A stretch of 64,000 nt of DNA from Acidobacteriota bacterium (GTDB lineage: Bacteria; Acidobacteriota; UBA6911), in assembly GCA_963664705.1 (NCBI GenBank), contig OY761556.1:4576001-4640000 (forward strand). The letters run 5' to 3'. The number at the start of each line of letters is the position of its first letter. The stretch's first letter is position 1. The position numbers and the translations under genes were made by a program. Positions 24,579 to 32,091 of this stretch are shown one piece after another. The notes below the pieces were generated by a model, which saw nothing but the letters and a program-made list of their open reading frames with translations, did no database searches and was not told the origin of the DNA.

Positions 24579-25607
24579 GTGAGCGAACACCTGAAGAAAA
24601 GCCCCAAACCATCCCCCTCAAGCCGAAGACGATTATCGCTCAATCACTATGTTGATGGCGTTCTCAGCGGCGACCGAATGGTCCTCGCAAGAGCGATTAC
24701 GGTAGTCGAAAGCGAGCTCTCCTCCGACGGCGAGCTTGCGGCGCACTTGCTGGACAGGGTACTGCCGTACTCCGGCAAATCGCGCCGCGTCGGAATCACC
24801 GGCGTCCCCGGCGTCGGCAAAAGCACTTTTATCGACGCACTCGGCATGCACCTGATCCGGGATCTCGGCGAGAATGTGGCCGTCCTCAGCGTCGATCCCT
24901 CCAGCCCGATCTCCCATGGCAGTATTCTTGGCGATAAAACCAGGATGGAACGCCTGTCCGCCGAGGAAAATGCGTTTATTCGCCCGTCTCCCTCCCGCGG
25001 CCATCTGGGCGGCGTAGCGAGGCGTACGCGCGAAACAATCCTTCTGTGTGAAGCTGCCGGCTATCAGAACATCCTCGTGGAAACCGTTGGTGTCGGCCAG
25101 TCGGAAACCGCCGTGCGCTCCATGACAGACTTTTTCCTTCTGCTGATGCTTGCCGGAGCCGGAGATGAACTGCAGGGGATGAAGCGCGGCATCATCGAAA
25201 TGCTGGACGGGATGACCATCAACAAAGCCGACGGTGATAATAAAGCCAAAGCGGAAAGAGCACGCATCGAATATGCAAACGCACTTCACCTGTTCCCTGC
25301 CTCCGCCGATGGCTGGACCCCCTCTGTACTAACCTGTTCGGCGCTCGCCGGAGAAGGTATCGCGGAAGTTTGGCGGACGATACTGGCACACCGCAGCTTG
25401 GTGGAGGGAAACGGATTCCTGCTGCAGCGACGCAGTCACCAGGCACTCGAATGGATGCAGGAACTGGTGATGATCGGCCTTCAAGAGTCATTTGCCGCAG
25501 ATAGCGGCGTGGCATCCCGGCTGCCAATGCTGCAGGAAGAAGTGGAGAAGGGCCAGGTAACCCCGTTTGCCGCAAGCCGCGAACTGCTGAGGATCTTCAG
25601 GAAGTAA
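24579..25607 (+). CDS. meaB: MeaB/ArgK GTPase chaperone of methylmalonyl-CoA mutase
   Basis: GITGVPGVGKST, VDPSS, GDKTRM, ETVGVGQSE, NKADG. Confidence 0.96.
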   Translation: MSEHLKKSPKPSPSSRRRLSLNHYVDGVLSGDRMVLARAITVVESELSSDGELAAHLLDRVLPYSGKSRRVGITGVPGVGKSTFIDALGMHLIRDLGENVAVLSVDPSSPISHGSILGDKTRMERLSAEENAFIRPSPSRGHLGGVARRTRETILLCEAAGYQNILVETVGVGQSETAVRSMTDFFLLLMLAGAGDELQGMKRGIIEMLDGMTINKADGDNKAKAERARIEYANALHLFPASADGWTPSVLTCSALAGEGIAEVWRTILAHRSLVEGNGFLLQRRSHQALEWMQELVMIGLQESFAADSGVASRLPMLQEEVEKGQVTPFAASRELLRIFRK

Positions 25608-25630
25608 TCTGTTTTGCAGCCTAAAACAAC

Positions 25631-25675
25631 AAAGACGCAAAGAGCTGGAAGAAAGGCTTCCAGTCTTTACGTCTT
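25631..25675. terminator. Hairpin between convergent genes
   Basis: AAAGACGCAAAGA-GCTGGAAG-aaagg-CTTCCAG-TCTTTACGTCTT. Confidence 0.55.
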
Positions 25676-25698
25676 CGAACTCCATAAACCGCAAATAG

Positions 25699-26049
25699 CT
25701 ACGGAAAAACGACAGTGACATCCTTATCGCTGAAAAGAAGTCCCTTGATCGCATCGCGACCGGAGCCGTCTTTTCCGACTGTCAGCGAATTGTAGTCGCT
25801 TTTCTTTTTGAGCTGCTCGATTTTGCCGTCTACAGTCGCCACCACTCTGCCCTTGGACTTGAAAACAACTTTGGCATCAGTGCCGGTGGCTTCCCACTTT
25901 ACTTCGTACTCACCGGCCGGAATTTCGGTTCCGGTTACGTACATCGGCTTTGAAATCGAATAATTAACGGTTCCACCAGCCGCCAGAATCGGGGCAGCCA
26001 CAAGAATCAGAAACAAAACAAACAAAATCGAATTTCTACCGTTGAACAT
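25699..26049 (-). CDS. Small secreted beta-rich hypothetical protein
   Basis: Signal peptide; G.EIPAGEYEVKW motif; GAGGAG RBS. Confidence 0.75.
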   Translation of the reverse strand: MFNGRNSILFVLFLILVAAPILAAGGTVNYSISKPMYVTGTEIPAGEYEVKWEATGTDAKVVFKSKGRVVATVDGKIEQLKKKSDYNSLTVGKDGSGRDAIKGLLFSDKDVTVVFP

Positions 26050-26420
26050 GTTCTCCTCTTCCTTTCGAATGGTTCAATGAATCCAAAATACACTTCTAAA
26101 ATGGTTGTTCAGCTTTGATTCCGGAATGCCTGGGGTCATCTTCCGCGCGGGCCAGAGCCGAGGGAGATGGGGACTAGCGGTGAAACTAAAACAGCAGAAC
26201 CTCTTTCAGCAACTTATGACCATCGATCGCGTTTATGGCAACCAGATGGTTCAATGATCCCCTCAACCAGTTCGAAATCCAGATCAACAAGCCGTTTTAT
26301 AATTTCATCCAACCTCTTACACATCGACAAACGGCCGGAAATATCTTAACTGAACTTATAAGATACGCAAAGCGAAACTCCGTTGTTTCAGAGATCCCTT
26401 TCGGACTCTGCCACGACTCC

Positions 26421-26475
26421 GGCAATTCGTGAGATCAGCGGCAGGAAAAAACTGCCGCCAATTCCACGAATTGCC
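26421..26475. repeat. REP-like palindrome, copy 2
   Basis: GGCAATTCGTGAGATCAGCGGCAG-gaaaaaa-CTGCCGCCAATTCCACGAATTGCC. Confidence 0.7.
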
Positions 26476-26491
26476 CTTAATTGTCGCAGAT

Positions 26492-26878
26492 CTATTTGAT
26501 CGGAACATCGATGACCTGATGCTCATGCTTCACCTTTGTGTTGTGCATGTCATACCCGTCCTGATCCGGAAACCATATTTCCGAAAGAAAATACTGTTCT
26601 CCCACTTTGTCAAATACAACGTGGGCATCTTTGGGAGTCGTGTGGATTGCGGCTGCCAGCCGCGTAATCACCACTGCGAATCCCCGGTGATTTTCAGGAC
26701 CGTCAATCCGAATGCTCCGGTCGCCTGTGGCAGGTGATAGCTTGTAGTGCCCTGCCGGATATTTATCGCCTGATGCCGAAAATGCAAAAGGCACTTCAAC
26801 GCTCAAAGTTTGTGCATGGACGGCCGATGCGGCCAGCAAAGCAAAGACACCGGAAAAAATCAGTAACCTGATTTTCAT
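26492..26878 (-). CDS. Small secreted hypothetical protein (VPFAF...PAGxY...VVFDKVGEQYFLSEIW family)
   Basis: Signal peptide ending AVHA; AAGGAG RBS; motif pattern typical of a family I associate with Acidobacteria. Confidence 0.78.
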   Translation of the reverse strand: MKIRLLIFSGVFALLAASAVHAQTLSVEVPFAFSASGDKYPAGHYKLSPATGDRSIRIDGPENHRGFAVVITRLAAAIHTTPKDAHVVFDKVGEQYFLSEIWFPDQDGYDMHNTKVKHEHQVIDVPIK

Positions 26879-27214
26879 TGGGGCTCCTTTCGCACCTGGT
26901 GGCTTCTACCTCATTGACACGATTTCCAAAATCAATGGCTGCATGCGGGGGGCGAGAGGTAATCGGAAGGCCTCCTCAGGATTCGAGGCTCGATGGGAAC
27001 CGTGCTGGATCGCAGGTGATTCCCTTTGGATTGATCCGCGACACTATTCACGGTGCGACCCAGCCGGGCTCATACAACACTTGAGACTAAATGTAACATC
27101 ATTCCCGGCTAGTGCAAATATTTTAGTACATATTCCCTATTCTTTGGATCTATGGAGATACCGGTGAGCCAAAATCCAGGAATCAAGAAGACAACTCCTG
27201 TCTCCTGCCATTGG

Positions 27215-27832
27215 CTATTTTTTCCGAATCATGTAGATGGGGTGGTCGCAGCTTACCATGACGTTGCCGGTCAGTCGGCACCAGGAGGGCAAGTCCTCCC
27301 TGGCACCGGGGTTTGTGGCCAACAATCGCATAATCTGCCCCGACGGCATTTCTTTCATCCGGTTGCGGAGTTCCAGCACAAGATCTCCACAGCCCATATC
27401 GCCGGCATCCCATTCGGCGCTACAAACAAGGTGGGCGGGCGCTGCAGTATTGCTTCTATTTTGAGGTTCTGTCGTCTGTATCTGTAAATCCGCCTCCGGG
27501 ATGGATAGCGGCCAGAGGCATTGGGGCAGAGCGCCCGGAGCGACGCCTTCATCATTGTTTGCCCAGAGCCACCCCTCATTGTAACAGTTCCGGCTGGTGA
27601 TAAAAGAAGACAGGCGGTCCCGCAAAGTCTCTCTGGAGTGGCCCAGTGAAGTCGAAAGGCACTCGGCGCATTGCGGCGCATTCTTGAAGCCCATGGTCAG
27701 ACTCATGAGCGCTTCATGCCCGCAGATTGCCTGCCCGCATACCCCGCATTGCCTTTCACGTATCTGCCGGAGGTCGCGCAGAAGGGCTTCCGTAACCAGC
27801 TCATCGTCCTGTGGATCGAGTTCATCGTTCAT
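27215..27832 (-). CDS. Cys-rich (CxxC...CxxC) domain fused to a TusA/SirA sulfur-carrier domain
   Basis: CGVCGQAIC...CAEC N-terminus; C-terminal WDAGDMGCG...DLPSWCRLTG TusA-like motifs. Confidence 0.8.
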   Translation of the reverse strand: MNDELDPQDDELVTEALLRDLRQIRERQCGVCGQAICGHEALMSLTMGFKNAPQCAECLSTSLGHSRETLRDRLSSFITSRNCYNEGWLWANNDEGVAPGALPQCLWPLSIPEADLQIQTTEPQNRSNTAAPAHLVCSAEWDAGDMGCGDLVLELRNRMKEMPSGQIMRLLATNPGAREDLPSWCRLTGNVMVSCDHPIYMIRKK

Positions 27833-27870
27833 GTACGTTTGGGCTGCCGGGCAGGGATGCTCCGCTGCTC

Positions 27871-29022
27871 TTATGAATACTTCTCTCGAAGGATGCGCGC
27901 TGCCTTCACAATATTTCCGATTTTGAGGGCGGCACTCTTCTCGTCATTAACACATCGATTTGCAAAGCAGCCAAAGCCGCAATCAGGGTTCAGGAATACC
28001 TGTTCCGGGCGGTAATATTGCAGAGCCCGTTCGGCATTGCGGATAATGGTATCCACGCTTTCCGCCTCATCGGTTCTCGGATTGACGACTCCAAGCCCGA
28101 TTTCGCGATCTGCCAGGGCTTTGCCCACCACCTCCACATCTCCGGCTCGCGGAGTGGCATATTCGAGTACAAACTGTTTCACACCCATTTCCTTGAAGCA
28201 TGGAATCAGCGGCTCATAATCCCCCGACAACAAAACTTCCTCAGAGCGGCTCCAGTTACCGCGGCAGACGTGAAGACCCGTTCGAACACCGGGGATTCCC
28301 TGGACGACCTGATTTAGCAGCTCCGCAGCATATTTTAGTTCGGACCCCGCATCACGGCGGGTTGCCAGGGTCGCTCACATGAAGGTCCGTCGCTGATTTT
28401 CCTGGGAGAAAACAATTTCCGTCAGCACAGGTTCATCAAACTGAACGAATTCGCATCCCTCCTTCGCCAGGTCCTGTAGCTCTTCACGGAGGATCTTCAC
28501 GACATCATTCCCCATTTCCAGCTTGTCGTCATAAACCTTGGAGGTAAAGGCACCCACCCACATGGAGCGCGTAAGCAGGTAGGGTCCCGGCAGTGTCATT
28601 TTTACCGGCTTATCTGTGAGTTGACGGAGGAATCTCAGTTCCTGAACGGCCAGCGGTTCCCGCCGCGACAGCCTGTCGATGCAGGTGGGGTTTCGGATCG
28701 CGGAGGCGGGGACGTCCAGAGTGGAAAGCATTTCCTCAAAACCCGCTTTGTCCTCCACGGTATCCAGCATCTCGGCCAGCGACATCAGGCGCGTTCCGTC
28801 GACCTTGTCCGTAATGAATGAATAAAAATTGTCACGCCGCTGCTCTCCATCCACGACAATGTCCACGCCGGCGTCCAGCTGAGCCTTTACGCATCGCCGT
28901 ACTTCCTCATCCGCAATGACATTAAATGCCTCCCGCGTGATTTCATTCTTCTGTTTTGCCCGCAGGGCTTTGAGCAGATCCCTTGAGCGGGGCCAGCTTC
29001 CAACCTGAGTCACTTCAAACAT
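27871..29022 (-). CDS. Cobalamin-independent methionine synthase II (MetE C-terminal/core) family protein with in-frame UGA, probable selenoprotein (383 aa)
   Basis: ORFs 28375-29022 and 27871-28233 share a frame and are separated only by TGA at 28377-28375 (RRTFM*ATLATRRD). VGSWPR, DGEQRR, QFDEP lie before it; Zn ligands LHVCRGN, LEYA, NPDCGF lie after it. A SECIS-like hairpin follows. Confidence 0.85.
28343..28374 (-). promoter_or_regulatory. Candidate bacterial SECIS element
   Basis: UGA-GCGACCCUGGCAA-CCCGC-CGUGAU-GCGGG-GUC: apical loop 18 nt after UGA with G-U at loop positions 2-3. Confidence 0.7.
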
Positions 29023-29053
29023 TGGTTCGCCACACTTATGAAATCGATCGGAT

Positions 29054-29797
29054 TCAGACGATCGAAAGTTTGTATTTGATATCCACAGCCTTTTTTAGGG
29101 TAGAGGCAAGCGGCGAACGCTGTACAGTTCGGCCCCAAGCCTCGCGCACTTTCCCTTCATCCGCAAATGAGGAAACAAAACACTTCATTTCAATGGAGGA
29201 TACGGAAGGATCCCCTTCCTCGAGACCAAGATGTGCCAACACATTGTAGAGTTTTCCGCTGACTGTCATCTCAATATCGTCCACCTCGATCCGGCTCCTG
29301 GAACACTCGGTAGCAAAACCGGTCGTTAGATCGCCCACAAGTGCGGCCAACAGATACTCGATTGCACATGGATGTTTGTCGGTCGTTTCAAAACTGGCCG
29401 GCTGGCCCACCTCAATGGAAAAATTGCGGCAATAGACGGTGCTTTTCAGTTTCCCGGTGGAACGAGCGCGTGCTTTCCACTCGTAGTCTTTCGCTCTTCC
29501 CTTATCTTTCTCGAGGCTCTCGTTCTGTTCAGCGGCACGGACTGTCTTGCGAATAAAGTAACGGCTCATTCCTTCCGCTTCAATAAAGCCCAGATATTCC
29601 AACCCCACCATGCGGCACCAGGGCGGCAGATCTCCTCTTACCGTCGGTTCCGAACTGCGCATTTCAAAGATACCCCGTTCCGGAACGCGTAGCATATTCT
29701 CCCGGATCAGAAGAATAAGTCCGGAGCCGCAATCCAGATCCCCCCCGTCAAACATATGATCGGGAGTGATCGATGCAAGATCGACTTTTTCGCTCAT
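29054..29797 (-). CDS. TusA-like sulfur carrier fused to an OsmC-like domain
   Basis: FDGGDLDCGSG and DLPPWCRMVG (TusA); HPCAIEYLLAAL...RSPLASTL (OsmC fold). ATG 29797 after GGTAGGGG. Confidence 0.8.
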   Translation of the reverse strand: MSEKVDLASITPDHMFDGGDLDCGSGLILLIRENMLRVPERGIFEMRSSEPTVRGDLPPWCRMVGLEYLGFIEAEGMSRYFIRKTVRAAEQNESLEKDKGRAKDYEWKARARSTGKLKSTVYCRNFSIEVGQPASFETTDKHPCAIEYLLAALVGDLTTGFATECSRSRIEVDDIEMTVSGKLYNVLAHLGLEEGDPSVSSIEMKCFVSSFADEGKVREAWGRTVQRSPLASTLKKAVDIKYKLSIV

Positions 29798-29831
29798 TTC
29801 CCCTACCTGTCGGATGTTCCCGTGCGAAGGA

Positions 29832-29860
29832 AGATTATGCAATAAAGGCTCTTGCGTCAA
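29832..29860 (-). promoter_or_regulatory. Candidate sigma70 promoter for the TusA-OsmC/MetE/TusA unit
   Basis: TTGACG-N17-TAATCT; the inverted repeat TGCGT-N8-ACGCA (29853-29870) overlaps the -35. Confidence 0.5.
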
Positions 29861-29915
29861 TACATACGCATGGCAACAAAAAGGGCCTGAAGGCTGGTTG
29901 ACAGTGTACGACTAT

Positions 29916-30800
29916 CTATTGGGGCGGTTTGATCATGGTGCCGTCGGGACCATATTCGTAAAAACCTCTGCCCGTCTTCCGCCCGAGGTATCCGGCATCC
30001 ACATATTGCTTCAAAAGCGGACAGGGTCGGTATTTCGAATCTCCAAACCCTCTGTAGAGCACATTCAGAATGCTCAGGCATGTATCGAGTCCGATGAAAT
30101 CCGCCAGCGCCAGGGGACCCATGGGATGACGCATCCCCAAAACCATGACTTGGTCAATCGCATGCGCCGTTCCCACCCCTTCATACAGGGCATAAACAGC
30201 TTCGTTTATCATGGGCATCAGGATCCGATTCGAGATAAACCCGGGAAAATCCTTGCTTTCAACCGGGGTCTTGCCGAATTTCAAGGTCAGTTCTTTGGTA
30301 AGATAAAACGTTGGCGACGATGTCGCCAACCCTCGGATAATTTCCACGATCCCCATGACCGGCACGGGATAAAAAAAATGCATGCCGATGACCTTTCCGG
30401 GACGTTGAGTGGCAGCACCCATTCGCGTAATCGAGATTGACGATGTATTGGAGGCCAAAACAGTATCCGGCCGACAGATCTCATCCAACTTCCGGAACAG
30501 ATCGATTTTGACATTTTCGATTTCGACCACCGCTTCAACAACAAAATCGGCGGCGCTCATGGATGGAAGCTCTGTCGTTACCTGGATGCGATCCAGGCAT
30601 ACTTGCTTTTCATCCGGCGTCAGCTTCCCTTTATCCACCAGCCTTTCCAGGTTTTTCGCAATATTGTCGAGCCCCTTCCGAAGAAGATTCTCTGAAATAT
30701 CGTAGAGGATTACGTTGAGAGAGCCCGCATGCGCGGCCGTCTGAGCAATGCCATGGCCCATCTGCCCCGCGCCAATTATGCCGAGAGTTTTGATTCCCAT
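29916..30800 (-). CDS. hbd: 3-hydroxybutyryl-CoA dehydrogenase
   Basis: GIIGAGQMGHGIA, VEAVVE, LASNTSSISIT, GMHF, PGFISNRIL, HPMGPL.LAD.IGLD; AGGAGG RBS. Confidence 0.93.
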   Translation of the reverse strand: MGIKTLGIIGAGQMGHGIAQTAAHAGSLNVILYDISENLLRKGLDNIAKNLERLVDKGKLTPDEKQVCLDRIQVTTELPSMSAADFVVEAVVEIENVKIDLFRKLDEICRPDTVLASNTSSISITRMGAATQRPGKVIGMHFFYPVPVMGIVEIIRGLATSSPTFYLTKELTLKFGKTPVESKDFPGFISNRILMPMINEAVYALYEGVGTAHAIDQVMVLGMRHPMGPLALADFIGLDTCLSILNVLYRGFGDSKYRPCPLLKQYVDAGYLGRKTGRGFYEYGPDGTMIKPPQ

Positions 30801-30921
30801 GATAATCCTCCTTGAAGGTTCTGAGAGGCACTTCAAATCTTGAATCCATATTCCTACGCAAATCGGACAGGTTCAATACCTGTTTTGGCCAAGTAGAAAC
30901 ATCATTTTTATTGCGGGTCAT

Positions 30922-30950
30922 TTGACAACTACCTATCCGAACCTTATAAA
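30922..30950 (+). promoter_or_regulatory. Near-consensus sigma70 promoter with no adjacent ORF
   Basis: TTGACA-N17-TATAAA. Confidence 0.65.
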
Positions 30951-31319
30951 AAAATCAGAACTCAGAAACACCGAGTTCCGTTGAAGCAAAAGCAGAACAA
31001 GTCGGAGTTAGTCAGTCTGAATTGTGATTTAGCCGGATATCCCCTGTGCCTGGCAGAAGCACCGTCGGACACAGGGGAGGCTAACAAATCGGAGGGTGCG
31101 GTTAAATAGCACTTCTATTTGGCGGTTTCGTTAATTGGGCCGCTCCCGCCGTAAAGCCTGCAATAACGCTGCAGAACAAGCAAAGGGCTTCGGATCCAAA
31201 CCCGAAGCCCTTGTAATTTTCAGCCACAGAATTGCAGGAATCCCAAATTCGGGATCTCTCTCATACGAAGCCTTTCCGATATCGTCTCAAGCCCGGGAAT
31301 CTGCCCCGACACTAATCAT

Positions 31320-31347
31320 TTGACAATGAGACCAAATTCCATAGAAT
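31320..31347 (+). promoter_or_regulatory. sigma70 promoter of the HTH-PtsN/Ehr operon
   Basis: TTGACA-N16-TAGAAT, followed by TGTCCA direct repeats. Confidence 0.65.
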
Positions 31348-31395
31348 GTCCATCTTTGTCCATTGCCATTCCCATATGGCTTGGAGGTGTCATTC

Positions 31396-32070
31396 GTGAA
31401 GATGACTGTCAGGGAAGCATCTAAGCTGTTTAATGTCTCCGAAAAAACGATTTATCGTTGGATTGAGCAGAAAGGACTTCCCGCCTATCGCATCAACAAG
31501 CAGTTCCGTTTCAACCAGACCGAGCTGTTGGAATGGGCGGCTGCCGGTCGAACCAGCTTCTCGCCAGCTCTTCTGGGCGAGCCTGATTCCAATGCCGCGC
31601 CGCTCCCGGATTTGGTTCAGGCGTTGGCAGCCGGGGGCATACACTACAGAGTGGCCGGCCACGACCGGGATTCCGTACTTCGCAGCGTAGTCGAATTGCT
31701 ACGGCTGCCGGATCATGTCGATCGGGAGTTTCTGCTGGAAGTTCTGTTGGCCCGGGAGGCGCTGGGATCCACAGGAATCGGGGATGGAATCGCTCTCCCG
31801 CATGCACGAAACCCGATTGTCCTGAATGTTGAGCGGCCCACTGTCACCTTGTGTTTTCTTGAGAGCCCCGTGGATTTCGCGGCTCTGGATGGCCAGCCTG
31901 TCACAGTGCTGTTCACGTTGATCAGCCAAACAGTCCGCACGCATCTCCACCTCCTCTCCCGCCTGGCCTTCCTTCTCAACAATAAAGATTTCCGAGAGGT
32001 TCTGAGACGGCAGGAATCCCGGAATGAAATTTTTGATGCAGCCCGTCATGCTATTCAAGGACTACCCTAG
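31396..32070 (+). CDS. Excisionase-type HTH fused to a PTS EIIA (PtsN/fructose-mannitol type) domain
   Basis: MTVREASKLFNVSEKTIYRWI..KGLPAYRI; REALGSTGIGDGIALPHAR (phospho-His); GGAGG RBS with GTG start. Confidence 0.9.
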   Translation: MKMTVREASKLFNVSEKTIYRWIEQKGLPAYRINKQFRFNQTELLEWAAAGRTSFSPALLGEPDSNAAPLPDLVQALAAGGIHYRVAGHDRDSVLRSVVELLRLPDHVDREFLLEVLLAREALGSTGIGDGIALPHARNPIVLNVERPTVTLCFLESPVDFAALDGQPVTVLFTLISQTVRTHLHLLSRLAFLLNNKDFREVLRRQESRNEIFDAARHAIQGLP

Positions 32071-32091
32071 TGCCCTTTCCAAGAGAATGAG

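Noticed and set aside
28234-28377. MetE-like gene as a nonsense pseudogene or two genes
   Set aside because: Single in-frame UGA with a SECIS-like hairpin, intact downstream motifs and no good RBS/start for the second part; Sec is more parsimonious, though unproven.
30957-31125. 6S RNA or SRP RNA
   Set aside because: No SRP GGAA-tetraloop/AGCAG motif, and the TCCCCTGTG/CACAGGGGA stem encloses only about 21 nt, too short for 6S.
31396-31560. Prophage/ICE excisionase
   Set aside because: The HTH is fused to EIIA, and no integrase or att sites are nearby.
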